Shown here: positions 47,394 through 58,805 of the stretch, piece by piece
Layout of the letters: each line of letters opens with the position of its first letter
Numbering within the stretch: the first letter of the stretch is position 1
The notes under the pieces: generated by a model
The model's input: only the letters and a program-made list of their open reading frames with translations
What the model was told of the DNA's origin: nothing
Database searches by the model: none
Source: Clostridia bacterium
Lineage (GTDB): Bacteria > Bacillota > Clostridia > Monoglobales > Monoglobaceae
DNA length: 64,000 nucleotides
Direction: 5' to 3'
Assembly (NCBI GenBank): GCA_045649725.1
Contig: JAZRQL010000053.1
Location: 5,149-69,148 of the forward strand
Made by a program: the position numbers and the translations under genes

Positions 47394-48378
47394 AGTGAGA
47401 AAATATAATATTCCTGTATTTATCCCCCATGAGGGATGCCCTCATTCCTGTGTGTTTTGTAACCAGAAAAAGATTACAGGGGTACAGACAAGCGTAACCT
47501 ATGAGGACGTAAGAAAAATAATAGAAGAGTATTTAGGCTTTTTGCCAAAGGAAAATCGTTATGTTGAAGTCGCATTCTTTGGAGGAAGTTTTACGGGTCT
47601 TAATATTGATGTTCAGGAAGGGTTTTTAAAAACCGCCAATGAATACAAAGATTTTATAGACGGAATAAGAATGTCTACCCGTCCTGATTATATAAACGAA
47701 GAAGTTTTAATGCTTTGCAAAAAGTATAATGTAAGGACTATTGAGCTTGGGCTTCAGTCATCGGATGATGAGGTTTTGCGCCTTAACGAAAGAGAACATA
47801 AATTCAGTCAAACAATAGAGGCGGCAAAGCTTATAAAAGAATATGGCATAGGTTTGGGCCTTCAGATGATGACAGGAATGTATGGCTCAAATCCTGAAAA
47901 AGATTTAAGGACAGCGTATGATGTGGCAGAACTTTCTCCTGATTGCGTAAGAATTTATCCGACCCTTACCTTAAGCAATACAAAGCTTGAAAGTCTTTAT
48001 AAAAGCGGCAAATATACGCCGTATAGTTTAGAGCAGGCAGTTGATATAACCGATAAGGCTATGAAAATCTTTGAGGACAGAGATATAGAGATTATCCGTG
48101 TGGGACTTCATTCGGACGAGAGCCTGACAGACGGAGACAGTATCGTTGCAGGACCATATCATCCGGCTTTTAGGGAGCTTGTTTTGTCAAAGCGAGTAAA
48201 GGAAGAAATAGAAAAGGATATAATTATCAAAAATCTTAAAGATTGTACCTATTATGTAAAGGGTGTGAGTCCGTCAGTTGCCATAGGGCACAAAAGATGC
48301 AACGCGAAATATTTTAAAGAAAAATATAATGTGGATATTAAAATAAATCATAATATTATTACTACACAGAAGATTTAA
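47383..48378 (+). CDS. Radical SAM protein (ELP3/MiaB/NifB-type core, function unassigned)
   Basis: CPHSCVFCNQ cluster motif near the N-terminus. 331 aa, overlaps the rnc end by 11 nt. Confidence 0.75.
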   Translation: MINKVRKYNIPVFIPHEGCPHSCVFCNQKKITGVQTSVTYEDVRKIIEEYLGFLPKENRYVEVAFFGGSFTGLNIDVQEGFLKTANEYKDFIDGIRMSTRPDYINEEVLMLCKKYNVRTIELGLQSSDDEVLRLNEREHKFSQTIEAAKLIKEYGIGLGLQMMTGMYGSNPEKDLRTAYDVAELSPDCVRIYPTLTLSNTKLESLYKSGKYTPYSLEQAVDITDKAMKIFEDRDIEIIRVGLHSDESLTDGDSIVAGPYHPAFRELVLSKRVKEEIEKDIIIKNLKDCTYYVKGVSPSVAIGHKRCNAKYFKEKYNVDIKINHNIITTQKI

Positions 48379-48389
48379 GGAGAAACGAA

Positions 48390-50462
48390 ATGAATATAAA
48401 TGATTTAATAAAAAGTATGACTCTTGATGAAAAGATAGGACAACTTAATCAGGTTCCTTGTGTGGTTGATAATTTTGATGACCTTGAAGAAAAAATTAAA
48501 GAGGGTAAGATTGGCTCAGTTATACTTGCTCAGACAGCATTTGCAGGCAACGATAATACTGATATTGCAAGTTGCGATGAGATAAATCAGCTTCAAAAGG
48601 TTGCAATTGAGGAGTCAAAAACCAAAATTCCGATTTTATTTGCAAGAGATGTAATTCACGGACACAAAACTGTGTTTCCAATACCTCTTGCTATGGCAGC
48701 GTCCTTTGATATGGAGCTTATAAAAAATTCATACGAATGTATTGCAAAGGAAGCATATAATGATGGTGTAAAATGGACTTTTGCCCCTATGCTTGATTTG
48801 TGCCGAGACCCAAGATGGGGAAGGATTATTGAGTCAGCAGGAGAAGACCCTTATCTTGCAGAAAAAGTCGCAAAGGCGGTAGTATCGGGATTTCAGGGAG
48901 ATGATTACAGTGAAGAAGGAAAGCTGTGTGCCTGTGCAAAACATTTTATCGGTTATGGTGCATCCGAAGGTGGAAGGGACTATAATAGAACAGAAATTTC
49001 AGAGTATACTCTAAGGAATTTTTATTTGAAGGCCTTTAAAAGTGCGGTTGATGCAGAGGTCGGAACTGTTATGAGTTCCTTTAACGAAATAAGCGGACAG
49101 CCTGTGACATCTTCAAAGTACTTGCTTACAGATGTTTTAAAGAATGAGATTGGGTTCAAAGGTTTTATAATAAGTGACTGGGGTGAAATAAAACAGCTTA
49201 TAAATCAAGGTGTTGCTGAGGATGAAAAAGCATGTGCTGAGCTTGCCTTAAAAGCAGGGATTGATATGGATATGGCAGACGATATTTATATTCGATTTGC
49301 AAAACAGCTCATAGAAGAAGGAAAGCTTTCAGAGGATGTTATTGATAAAGCGGTATACCGTATACTTTATATTAAGGAAAAGGCAGGTTTATTTGAGAAA
49401 CCATACATAAACCCTGTTGATTTTAATAGAAAAGAACACTCTGAAATGGCAAAGAAAATGGCGGAAGAATCAATTGTTCTTTTGAAAAATAAAAATAAAA
49501 CCCTTCCTGTTAAAGACTCGCAAAAGATATATATTGATGGAGATATGAAGGATGAAAAAAGAGTGCTACTTGGAAGCTGGATGCTTGATGGAATAGTAGA
49601 GGAGACAGTTACTATATCTCAGGGTGTAGGGAATTATGTTAATCCTGTTTCAAATGCCAAGGATGCAGATGTTGTGATCCTGGCAATAGGAGAGAGTCAT
49701 ACAGTTACGGGAGAAGCACATTCCCTTGCTGATATTGACATAAAAGAGGAATATATTTTCCTGGCGAAGAAATATAAGGATATGGGGAAAAAGGTTGTGG
49801 GTGTTTTAACCTATGGCAGACCTATTGCTATGGAAAACGGTGCAGAATATTTTGACGCAATTCTGTATGCATGGCATTCAGGGACAAGAGCAGGAGACGC
49901 AATAGCGGATGTTTTGTTTGGTAAGGTTAATCCAAGTGGTCATCTTCCTGCTACGTTGCCTAGAAAGACAGGTCAGATTCCTCTTTATTATAACTTTACA
50001 AAGGGTGCAAGAAATGTTAATGAATATTATGATAACGAAGAGAGTCGCCCAATCAAAAATTATGATGACTGTAAAGGAAGCCCGTTATATTCTTTTGGGT
50101 ATGGTTTGAGCTATACAGAGTTTGAGTATTCAAAACCTGAAGTTGTAAGGGAGAATAACAATGAGTTTGTTGTTGGGATAAAAATTAAAAATATTGGAGA
50201 TTATGACGGAAAAGAAGTAGTGCAATGCTATGTTTGTGATGAGGTAGCATCTGCAATGCGCCCAATAAGAGAATTGAAAGGTTTTGAAAAGGTCTTTCTT
50301 AAAAAGGGCGAAGAAATGAAGGTTATGTTTACCCTCGGCAAAGAAGAACTTGGGTTTTATAATATGGATAATGAGTTTGTTGTTGAAGCCGGTGACTTCA
50401 GTGTATACATTGGTGGCAACGCTTGTTGTGAGAACAAGTTGACAATCAGATATAAGGGTTAA
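48390..50462 (+). CDS. Glycoside hydrolase family 3 protein (beta-glucosidase/xylosidase type)
   Basis: GH3 N-terminal domain (RDPRWGR, KHFIGYG), nucleophile region GFIISDWG, a C-terminal alpha/beta sandwich and an Fn3-like domain. No signal peptide. Confidence 0.9.
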   Translation: MNINDLIKSMTLDEKIGQLNQVPCVVDNFDDLEEKIKEGKIGSVILAQTAFAGNDNTDIASCDEINQLQKVAIEESKTKIPILFARDVIHGHKTVFPIPLAMAASFDMELIKNSYECIAKEAYNDGVKWTFAPMLDLCRDPRWGRIIESAGEDPYLAEKVAKAVVSGFQGDDYSEEGKLCACAKHFIGYGASEGGRDYNRTEISEYTLRNFYLKAFKSAVDAEVGTVMSSFNEISGQPVTSSKYLLTDVLKNEIGFKGFIISDWGEIKQLINQGVAEDEKACAELALKAGIDMDMADDIYIRFAKQLIEEGKLSEDVIDKAVYRILYIKEKAGLFEKPYINPVDFNRKEHSEMAKKMAEESIVLLKNKNKTLPVKDSQKIYIDGDMKDEKRVLLGSWMLDGIVEETVTISQGVGNYVNPVSNAKDADVVILAIGESHTVTGEAHSLADIDIKEEYIFLAKKYKDMGKKVVGVLTYGRPIAMENGAEYFDAILYAWHSGTRAGDAIADVLFGKVNPSGHLPATLPRKTGQIPLYYNFTKGARNVNEYYDNEESRPIKNYDDCKGSPLYSFGYGLSYTEFEYSKPEVVRENNNEFVVGIKIKNIGDYDGKEVVQCYVCDEVASAMRPIRELKGFEKVFLKKGEEMKVMFTLGKEELGFYNMDNEFVVEAGDFSVYIGGNACCENKLTIRYKG

Positions 50463-50475
50463 TTGCTTCTATAAT

Positions 50476-50509
50476 AAAATATCGCGGTGATGTTCGCCGC
50501 GATATTTTT
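50476..50509. terminator. Bidirectional rho-independent terminator between convergent GH3 and hisF genes
   Basis: AAAATATCGCGG (50476-50487) pairs with CCGCGATATTTT (50497-50508) in a 12-bp stem around a 9-nt loop. Confidence 0.8.
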
Positions 50510-50514
50510 ATATG

Positions 50515-51276
50515 CTATAACCTAACGGATACGCCGTTTTCGTTTAAATATGTTTTTAAATCTGAAACTTCAATCTCTTTAAAGTGGAAAAGTGATGCGG
50601 CGAGGGCAGCATCTGCGTGCCCGTCAGTTAAAACGTCCTTAAAGTGTTCAAGGTTGCCGGCCCCTCCTGATGCAATAACAGGAATAGAAACAAGGTCGGC
50701 AACTGTTTTTGTGAGTTCTACGTCATAGCCGGCTTTTGCTCCGTCACAGTCCATAGAGGTAAGGAGTATTTCGCCTGCCCCTAAATCGTTAACCTTTTTT
50801 GCCCATTCCAAAACATCAATGCCTGTGTCAATTCTGCCACCGTTAACATAAACATTCCAACCGCTGTTATCTTCTCTTCGCTTTGCGTCTATGGCAACAA
50901 CAACGCATTGACTGCCAAACTTTTCAGCCGCATCGGAGATGAGCTGTGGGTTACGAATAGCTGATGAATTGATTGAAATTTTGTCTGCCCCTGCGCATAA
51001 AAGTTCGCGGAAGTCTTCAACAGAACTGATGCCACCACCAACAGTGAATGGGATAAATACTGTTTCGGCAACGCACTTTACCATATCAACAACTGTGCCT
51101 CGTCCTTCGTGGGATGCAGTAATATCAAGGAAAACAAGCTCGTCTGCTCCTGCCTCATTATATACCTTTGAGATTTCAACAGGGTCACCTGCATCACGGA
51201 GGTTTACAAAGTTAACACCTTTAACAACTCTGCCAAGGCTTACGTCAAGGCATGGGATAATTCTCTTTGCAAGCAT
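50515..51276 (-). CDS. hisF: Imidazole glycerol phosphate synthase cyclase subunit HisF (or HisF-like paralogue)
   Basis: RIIPCLDV N-terminus, and DAKR and GGAG phosphate-binding motifs. 253 aa. Confidence 0.9.
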   Translation of the reverse strand: MLAKRIIPCLDVSLGRVVKGVNFVNLRDAGDPVEISKVYNEAGADELVFLDITASHEGRGTVVDMVKCVAETVFIPFTVGGGISSVEDFRELLCAGADKISINSSAIRNPQLISDAAEKFGSQCVVVAIDAKRREDNSGWNVYVNGGRIDTGIDVLEWAKKVNDLGAGEILLTSMDCDGAKAGYDVELTKTVADLVSIPVIASGGAGNLEHFKDVLTDGHADAALAASLFHFKEIEVSDLKTYLNENGVSVRL

Positions 51277-51890
51277 TAAAATCCACCTCCGTTTATAAAG
51301 TTAGAAAGCATTTTAAGTCCTGTTTCGCCGCTTTTTTCAGGGTGGAACTGCACCGCGTGGATATTATCCTTTGACAAGGCAACAGGAAGTTCTTCTGAAT
51401 AGTTGCAGGTAGCGGAGATAATGGATTTATCCTCAGGCTCCATATAATATGAATGAACAAAGTAAACAAAGGAATTATCAGGAATATCTTTAAATAAAGG
51501 AGATTCCTTTGTAAAGGTTAAAGAATTCCATCCCATATGAGGGATTTTAAGACCCGGCTTTTTAGGAATTAAAACGTTCTTTCCCTTAAATACACCAAGA
51601 CCCTTTGCTCCCGGTGTTTCTTCGCTCTCTTCAAATAAAAGCTGAAGTCCCAAACATATACCCAAAAATGGAGTTCCGCTTTCGCATACCTGATGAATTG
51701 TATCGAATAAGTCGTGGCTTTCGATGCTCTTCATACAGTCCCCAAAAGCACCAACTCCGGGGAGGATAACTCTCTTTGCTGATTTTATTATATTCTTGTC
51801 AGATGTGACAATGGCGTCAGCGCCTATATATTCACATGCTTTTTGAACAGAGCGCAAGTTCCCTGCTCCGTAATCTATTATTGCTATCAT
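51276..51890 (-). CDS. hisH: Imidazole glycerol phosphate synthase glutaminase subunit HisH (or HisH-like paralogue)
   Basis: Class I amidotransferase triad context GICLGLQ ... [13 protein letters not shown]-type overlap with hisF. Confidence 0.9.
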   Translation of the reverse strand: MIAIIDYGAGNLRSVQKACEYIGADAIVTSDKNIIKSAKRVILPGVGAFGDCMKSIESHDLFDTIHQVCESGTPFLGICLGLQLLFEESEETPGAKGLGVFKGKNVLIPKKPGLKIPHMGWNSLTFTKESPLFKDIPDNSFVYFVHSYYMEPEDKSIISATCNYSEELPVALSKDNIHAVQFHPEKSGETGLKMLSNFINGGGF

Positions 51891-51953
51891 TGTTTTTTCC
51901 TTTCGTAATTTAAATGCAAATCATATAGTATCACAATTTCTAAAAATTTTCAA

Positions 51954-54596
51954 CTATTTTCCTGCACCTAAAATATTGAATATCATCTTAACTGCCTCTG
52001 CACGGGTCACGCTCTGGAGAGGAAGAAGAGTTCCGTCAGGGTAACCGGTCATTATTCCCTGGGTTACAATAACGCGCATACTTTCTTCTGCCCAGAAAGG
52101 AATGTCTGCCTTATCAACAGCGGTAATGGCATCTGCTTTTAAGCCCTTTGGTAAAAGTCGGTTTAAGGCAATGGCAAATTCCATACGGTTTACATTTGCG
52201 TTTGGACTGAAGGATACGCCATACTGACCTAACTGCCCCTGCATAATTCCGTTTTTGTATATTGCCTTAATATGATTTTCTGCCCACCAAGGTATTTCGT
52301 CTTTGTCTATGAATGGAAGTTCCACATCTGCATAGTCAGCGGCATTAATCTTTAAATAGTTGCAAAGCATTATAGCAAGCTCGGTTCTTGTCATATGATT
52401 GTTTGGCTTAAAGAGAATAGTGTCGCCTTCAAGGCTTCCGTTTACGATTCCGCAGTCGGAAATATATGTGATATAGCTCTTTGCCCAATGGCTCTCTGTA
52501 TCAGGGAACTTATTGCCTATGGCGGAGATATTTGATGTTTCTAAAAATGCCATTGAGGATAAGTTCGTATCAGTTGTTGCAAAAATGCCGATTTTGTGAT
52601 ACTTGCTGTCAGGAAAAGCGACGGTTATATCTCCGGTAGCTGAATCAAAATCAAAATCATAAGCCTTTCCATCAAGAGTAACTTTTATGTTATTCTTTGT
52701 GAATACATTGTTTACATTGGCTACTAACTCGCCTCTTTTTACCTTGCCTGTTATAACGGGATAGTCCTTAAGGCTTTCAAAGTATTCTTCCCCTGCAACA
52801 AGAACAGGAATTTCCTTTGTGCAAAGGCCTGCGTTTATAATAAGCTTTCCTTTTGCGCCACTTGTGGATGAAGATGTATATAAGCCCTCTTTGTCTATGC
52901 TTCCGATAGAGGCGCTGTCACCGATAACTGTCCATGTGTAGCATGACCTGTCAGATACAAGAGTTTCCCCATACCATGTGCTTACTGCGTCTAACTGGAT
53001 TGATGTGTCAGGGTCTATAATAATTTCATCAAGTTTCTCTCCTGAATCTGCGTTGTATATATCAATATCATCAGGAGTAGCAACACTTGTTATTCTTGAT
53101 GAGCCATAGGCATCACCGCTTCTTCCCCCTACATATATGTCTCCGTTTCCGTAGACAGTAATACTTCCGTCATCGTTTATGTAGGATGTTCGTCCGTTTT
53201 TGTCAGGAGTGTCTGCATCGTCTTCTATATAATAGGTTATGTTTTCAGGGATATCTGCAAAACGATAGGAACTATCATATGCAGAAACCGCAGATATGTT
53301 TACTGTTGAACCTGATAAAAGAGCCGCTCCGTGACTGTCAAGCTTAAGGGTTTTTGGAACTCCGTCAGGCTGAATGTGATTTAAAATAAAGAAGAAGTTA
53401 GCACAGCTTCTTAATGCTCCATCGGAGGGAGAGTTTGCAATAATAAAATCTCTTGTGCCTGGCTCTGCATATCCTAATGAGGTTGAACCGCCACCGTCTA
53501 AATTTACTGCATCAACACAGCCAAGCTCTAAAAGTCTTTTTGCAAGAGTTTCTTTTCGTACACCAAAGCTGTAGCCCTGCTGTCTGCCATCTATGGTATA
53601 GAAGATAATGGTTCCGTCTTCCTTTATACCGATTGCAGTTCGGGGTGCGGCACTTTCGTCAGTATAGTCAAGCTCTCCGTCTGTTATAAGAGTTCCTCCT
53701 GTGCAACCAACTGCATATTTAATATCTTTCCATTCGTCAGAGTTTAAGGTTATTGAAATGGTTACCTTTTCGCCCTCTTCCAAACAGTTAAGCCTTTCCT
53801 TAATTTCCTCTGCCGCAGTTTCGGATACACCTAAAAGAAGTTTTCCCTCAGGAATAGAAACCGAGCCGTTGTTATCCGAAATGCTCTCTACTGTAGCAGT
53901 GACTTTTCCGCTTATAGAAAAATCTCCTGAAACATTGGTAAGGACAATATCTCTGCCTGCGTCAGGAGAATATGTTTCTTCTCCATAATTATTATCGTAT
54001 AAATAAACAGCATATGGCTGACGATACTTGTTTAAGCAATCGATTAAAAAGCTTTCCCCTGAAGAAGTTGTGAGGTTTATAGAAACAGAGAGAGTTCCTA
54101 TATGGGCTGTTCCATCGTCATAAAAGCCAACTGCAGGGCCTTCGGTTGTGTCAGCGGTATAAACCTTTCCGTCAATAATTGTGTGGCTCATAGGAACCCC
54201 TGTCTGAAAGGAGAAAAAGTCTGCATTAATGCCGATAGCAGGGTCAAAGCCCTTTTGGATTAAAATGTCATTTGCCTTTGAGATGTTACGCTTTCCGTAA
54301 GCAGACCATCCGTTTGTGAGAACAGGAAGAGCGCCATCGTTTGGCTTATATTCAAAATAATGTTCTGTTTGCCTTCCTACCCCTGAATCATTAAAAACAT
54401 TTGTGATAAGGGTTGTTCCTTCTGCAACAGGCTGTTTATCAGAGGTAAGGGGTGTTCCTAAAACACCTGCGTAAGCCATAACAGAAAAAAGCTGAACTCC
54501 AAAAACTGCAACCAATGTAACAGAGGAAATCAGCTTTCTTAAAAAACTCCTTCTATTTATATAGGAAGAAAGATATGTTTTTTTCTTAAAATTCAT
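51954..54596 (-). CDS. Cell-wall-anchored phosphodiester glycosidase-family protein with three C-terminal SLH domains
   Basis: N-terminal signal/TM segment and a DUF2233/NAGPA-like region (NADFF ... VNLDGGGST). Three SLH repeats are present (FPDTESHWAKSYI..., FIDKDEIPWWAENHI..., DKADIPFWAEESM...). Confidence 0.8.
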   Translation of the reverse strand: MNFKKKTYLSSYINRRSFLRKLISSVTLVAVFGVQLFSVMAYAGVLGTPLTSDKQPVAEGTTLITNVFNDSGVGRQTEHYFEYKPNDGALPVLTNGWSAYGKRNISKANDILIQKGFDPAIGINADFFSFQTGVPMSHTIIDGKVYTADTTEGPAVGFYDDGTAHIGTLSVSINLTTSSGESFLIDCLNKYRQPYAVYLYDNNYGEETYSPDAGRDIVLTNVSGDFSISGKVTATVESISDNNGSVSIPEGKLLLGVSETAAEEIKERLNCLEEGEKVTISITLNSDEWKDIKYAVGCTGGTLITDGELDYTDESAAPRTAIGIKEDGTIIFYTIDGRQQGYSFGVRKETLAKRLLELGCVDAVNLDGGGSTSLGYAEPGTRDFIIANSPSDGALRSCANFFFILNHIQPDGVPKTLKLDSHGAALLSGSTVNISAVSAYDSSYRFADIPENITYYIEDDADTPDKNGRTSYINDDGSITVYGNGDIYVGGRSGDAYGSSRITSVATPDDIDIYNADSGEKLDEIIIDPDTSIQLDAVSTWYGETLVSDRSCYTWTVIGDSASIGSIDKEGLYTSSSTSGAKGKLIINAGLCTKEIPVLVAGEEYFESLKDYPVITGKVKRGELVANVNNVFTKNNIKVTLDGKAYDFDFDSATGDITVAFPDSKYHKIGIFATTDTNLSSMAFLETSNISAIGNKFPDTESHWAKSYITYISDCGIVNGSLEGDTILFKPNNHMTRTELAIMLCNYLKINAADYADVELPFIDKDEIPWWAENHIKAIYKNGIMQGQLGQYGVSFSPNANVNRMEFAIALNRLLPKGLKADAITAVDKADIPFWAEESMRVIVTQGIMTGYPDGTLLPLQSVTRAEAVKMIFNILGAGK

Positions 54597-54668
54597 ATGT
54601 AAAAACTCTCCTTTTGTCTAAAAAGATAAATCTTCTTATTAAAATTTAACAATATTGTAAAATACATA

Positions 54669-54697
54669 TTGACATTTGAAAAAAATGATGGTATAAT
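54669..54697 (+). promoter_or_regulatory. SigA-type promoter upstream of rpoB
   Basis: TTGACA (54669-54674), a 17-nt spacer, then TATAAT (54692-54697), a perfect consensus. It implies an AT-rich 5' leader of about 205 nt. Confidence 0.6.
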
Positions 54698-54909
54698 GAA
54701 TGTCTGTTTATAGTGCGAAAATTTGCGTATTTTTTAATTTTGCCTGAAAAAACAATGATTTTTCGGCAATCATCGGCTTTATTTTAACACAAAAAATTAA
54801 TTTTATCAAGTGTTAATGATTACCGATAAAAATTTTTTCAAAAATAAGTTAAAAAATATGAAAATAATCACACCTTTCAGAAAAAATTTATAATGAGGTG
54901 AGCGGTTTT

Positions 54910-57900
54910 ATGGTACATCCTGTGAAACTGGGTAAGAATACTCGAATGAGCTACGGCAAAATCAATGAGGTTCTTGAGATGCCCAATCTGATTGAAATTC
55001 AGATAAACTCTTATAATTGGTTCTTAGATGAGGGACTGAAAGAAGTTTTTCACGACGTATCGCCTATTACGGACTATGCGGGAAATCTTGTGCTTGAGTT
55101 TGTTGATTATCGTTTAGATGAAAACACCAAGTACGACATAGATGAATGTAAGGAGAGAGATGCGACATACGCAGCACCATTGCGCGTGAAGGTCCGCCTT
55201 ATTAACAAAGAGTCCGGCGAGATTAAAGAACAGGAAATCTTTATGGGTGATTTCCCTGTAATGACGCCATCAGGTACATTTATTATAAACGGAGCTGAGC
55301 GAGTTATTGTCTCTCAGCTTGTTCGTGCGCCTAGCGTTTATTATTCAGAAGAATATGACAAAACAGGTAAAAAACTGTTTTCATCTCAGGTTATTCCAAA
55401 CAGAGGTGCTTGGCTTGAATATGAGACAGACAGTAACGATATCTTCTATGTTCGTATAGACAGAAACAGAAAGATTCCTGTTACTGTTCTTATCCGTGCC
55501 CTCGGTTTTGGTACAGATGCACAGATTAATGAATTGTTCGGAGAAGACGAAAGACTTCTCGCAACAATGGAAAAGGATACAACAAAGAGCACAGAAGACG
55601 GTCTTATCGAAATTTACAGAAAGCTCCGTCCAAGTGAACCTCCTACAGTTGAAAGTGCACGCTCACTTATTACTAACTTATTCTTTGACCCTAAGCGTTA
55701 TGACTTGGCAAGAGTAGGTAGATTTAAGTTTAACAAAAAGCTCCGTCTTTCTAACCGTATCTGCGGTTTTATTGCAGGTGAAAACGTTGTTGACCCTGAA
55801 ACAGGCGAACTTTTAGTTACAGAGGGCGATGTAATCACAAAGGAAATGGCACTTGCTCTTGAAAAGGCATGGATTAACGATATCGTTTTAAACATTGATG
55901 GAAAGAAGACAAAGGTTGTTTCAAACGGTATGGTTGATTTACGCGACTATGTAGATTACAACCCACGTGAATTCGGTATATATGAAAGAGTTCGCGGTAT
56001 CGTGCTTAAGGAAATTATGGCTGAATTCCCTGATATGAATTCTGACGAATTCAAGCAGGCACTCTCAGATAAGCGCGATGAGCTTATTCCAAGACATATC
56101 TTAATTGATGATATTATGGCATCAATTTCATACGTTAACAATTTAGCCTACGGTGTAGGTAATGTTGACGATATCGACCATTTAGGTAACCGTCGTATCA
56201 GAAGCGTTGGTGAGCTTTTACAGAACCAGTTCCGTATAGGCTTATCACGTATGGAACGTGCGGTACGTGAACGTATGACAACTCAGGATTTAGAAACTGT
56301 TACACCACAGAATCTTATCAACATAAGACCTGTGACATCAGCTATTAAAGAATTCTTTGGTTCTTCACAGCTTTCACAGTTTATGGATCAGATTAACCCA
56401 CTGGGTGAGCTTACTCATAAGAGAAGATTATCTGCATTGGGTCCTGGCGGTCTTTCCCGTGATCGTGCAGGCTTCGAAGTTCGAGACGTTCACCATTCAC
56501 ATTACGGACGTATGTGTCCTATCGAAACACCTGAAGGTCCGAACATCGGTCTTATCAACTCATTAAGCGGATTTGCAAAGGTTAATGAGTATGGCTTTAT
56601 TGAAACTCCTTACCGTAAGGTAGATAAGGAAAAGGGTATCGTTACTAAAGATGTAGAATATATGCCTGCTGACGTGGAAGACGGATTCTTCGTTGCACAG
56701 GCAAATGAGCCTCTTGATGAAAATGATAAGTTTATAAACAAGAAGATAGTAACAAGATTTAAGGATGAATTTGTCGAAGTTTCTCCTGAACGTGTTGACT
56801 ATATGGACGTATCACCAAGACAGGTTATGTCTATTGCGACAGCGATGATTCCGTTCCTTGAAAACGACGATGCTAACCGTGCCCTCATGGGTTCTAACAT
56901 GCAGCGTCAGGCTGTTCCGCTTCTTATGCCTGAATCTCCAATCGTAGGTACAGGTATGGAATACAAGGCTGCACGCGACTCAGGCGTGTGTATCCTCGCT
57001 AAAGAAGACGGTGTTATTGATAAGGTTTCAGCTACTGAAATCGTTATAAAGGACAAGAATCGCAAGCTTCATAAGTATAACCTTACAAAGTTTGCCCGTT
57101 CTAACCAGGGTACTTGTGTTAACCAGAGACCTATCGTTGAAGAAGGCGAAAAGGTATCAAAGGGCGACATAATCGCTGACGGTCCTTCTACAAACAATGG
57201 TGAAATCGGTCTCGGTCGTAACATCCTTATCGGATTTATGACATGGGAAGGTTATAACTACGAGGATGCTGTTTTAATCAGCGAACAGCTCGTTAAGGAT
57301 GACGTATTTACTTCTATTCATATTGAAGAATACGAAAGCGAAGCCAGGGAAACAAAGCTCGGTCCTGAAGAAATTACACGCGATATACCAAACGTTGGTG
57401 ACGATGCACTTCGTGACCTTGACGAAAGAGGTATTATCCGTATCGGTGCAGAGGTAGAAGCAGGAGATATTCTCGTTGGTAAGGTTACACCTAAGGGTGA
57501 AACAGAACTTACTGCTGAAGAAAGACTCTTACGTGCTATCTTTGGTGAAAAAGCAAGAGAAGTTCGTGATACATCTCTCCGTGTTCCTCACGGTGAATAT
57601 GGTATCATTGTAGACGTTAAGGTATTTACAAGAGCAAACGGTGACGAGTTACCTCCTGGTGTTACTCAGGTTGTAAGATGTTACATCGCACAGAAGAGAA
57701 AGATCTCTGTAGGTGATAAGATGGCGGGTCGTCACGGTAACAAGGGTGTCGTATCAAGAATTCTTCCTGAAGAAGATATGCCATTCTTACCGGATGGTAC
57801 ACCGCTTCAGATTGTATTAAACCCTCTGGGCGTACCTTCACGTATGAATATCGGTCAGGTACTTGAAGTTCACCTTGGCCGAGCAGCAAAGGCTCTTAAC

Positions 57901-58710
57901 TGGAAGATTGCTACTCCTGTGTTCGACGGTGCAAACGAAAATGATATCGTTGAAGCTTTAGAACAGGCAGGATTTGATAAGACAGGTAAGACAATACTCT
58001 ATGATGGACGAACAGGTGAACCGTTTGATAATCCTGTAACCGTTGGTTATATGCATTACCTCAAGCTTGCTCACTTGGTTGACGATAAGATCCATGCAAG
58101 ATCAACAGGCCCTTACTCATTGGTTACACAGCAGCCTCTCGGTGGTAAAGCACAGTTTGGTGGTCAGCGTTTCGGTGAAATGGAAGTTTGGGCGCTTGAA
58201 GCATACGGCGCAGCTTATACTCTCCAGGAAATCTTAACAGTTAAGTCTGACGATGTTGTGGGACGTGTTAAGACATATGAGTCTATCGTTAAGGGTGATA
58301 ACGTTCCTGAAGCTGGAGTTCCTGAATCATTCAAGGTACTCATTAAGGAATTACAGAGTTTATCACTTGATATGAAGGTTCTTGATAAGAATGGCGAAGA
58401 AATCATCTTACGTGAATCAATAGATGACGATGATGATACAGAAGATTTACAGGTAAACATTGCCGGTGTTGAAGAGGATGAGTTTATCAACAAGCACGAC
58501 TTCTCTGAAAGCGATGACGACTTTGATGATGATGACGAAATTGATGAACTTGATGACATCCTCGGTGATGATGACGGAATCAGCGAATCCTTAATGGATG
58601 CACTTATGGGTGCAAGCGATGAGGATGATATCGATTATCTCGATGCTGAAGGTCTTGAGTCACTTGACCAGATTGCCGAAGAAGAAGATATGGAAGATGA
58701 TATCTTCTAA
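54910..58710 (+). CDS. rpoB: DNA-directed RNA polymerase subunit beta, with a 99-aa polyanionic C-terminal extension
   Basis: Full-length RpoB homology (rifampicin-cluster region [29 protein letters not shown]). ATG at 54910 behind a GAGGTGA RBS. Confidence 0.98.
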   Translation: MVHPVKLGKNTRMSYGKINEVLEMPNLIEIQINSYNWFLDEGLKEVFHDVSPITDYAGNLVLEFVDYRLDENTKYDIDECKERDATYAAPLRVKVRLINKESGEIKEQEIFMGDFPVMTPSGTFIINGAERVIVSQLVRAPSVYYSEEYDKTGKKLFSSQVIPNRGAWLEYETDSNDIFYVRIDRNRKIPVTVLIRALGFGTDAQINELFGEDERLLATMEKDTTKSTEDGLIEIYRKLRPSEPPTVESARSLITNLFFDPKRYDLARVGRFKFNKKLRLSNRICGFIAGENVVDPETGELLVTEGDVITKEMALALEKAWINDIVLNIDGKKTKVVSNGMVDLRDYVDYNPREFGIYERVRGIVLKEIMAEFPDMNSDEFKQALSDKRDELIPRHILIDDIMASISYVNNLAYGVGNVDDIDHLGNRRIRSVGELLQNQFRIGLSRMERAVRERMTTQDLETVTPQNLINIRPVTSAIKEFFGSSQLSQFMDQINPLGELTHKRRLSALGPGGLSRDRAGFEVRDVHHSHYGRMCPIETPEGPNIGLINSLSGFAKVNEYGFIETPYRKVDKEKGIVTKDVEYMPADVEDGFFVAQANEPLDENDKFINKKIVTRFKDEFVEVSPERVDYMDVSPRQVMSIATAMIPFLENDDANRALMGSNMQRQAVPLLMPESPIVGTGMEYKAARDSGVCILAKEDGVIDKVSATEIVIKDKNRKLHKYNLTKFARSNQGTCVNQRPIVEEGEKVSKGDIIADGPSTNNGEIGLGRNILIGFMTWEGYNYEDAVLISEQLVKDDVFTSIHIEEYESEARETKLGPEEITRDIPNVGDDALRDLDERGIIRIGAEVEAGDILVGKVTPKGETELTAEERLLRAIFGEKAREVRDTSLRVPHGEYGIIVDVKVFTRANGDELPPGVTQVVRCYIAQKRKISVGDKMAGRHGNKGVVSRILPEEDMPFLPDGTPLQIVLNPLGVPSRMNIGQVLEVHLGRAAKALNWKIATPVFDGANENDIVEALEQAGFDKTGKTILYDGRTGEPFDNPVTVGYMHYLKLAHLVDDKIHARSTGPYSLVTQQPLGGKAQFGGQRFGEMEVWALEAYGAAYTLQEILTVKSDDVVGRVKTYESIVKGDNVPEAGVPESFKVLIKELQSLSLDMKVLDKNGEEIILRESIDDDDDTEDLQVNIAGVEEDEFINKHDFSESDDDFDDDDEIDELDDILGDDDGISESLMDALMGASDEDDIDYLDAEGLESLDQIAEEEDMEDDIF

Positions 58711-58805
58711 GGCAAGATAGCCGACAAGAAGTTTTTAAATAAGGTTGTTTGCTTAGCTCACGGCAGACAGCTATTCGAATATGTGAGTCGGAAAGGTAGA
58801 TCAAT

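Noticed and set aside
54858-54893. 11-codon mini-ORF ([11 protein letters not shown]) in the rpoB leader, ending at the rpoB RBS.
   Set aside because: It has no SD sequence, and in an A/T-rich leader such ORFs arise by chance.
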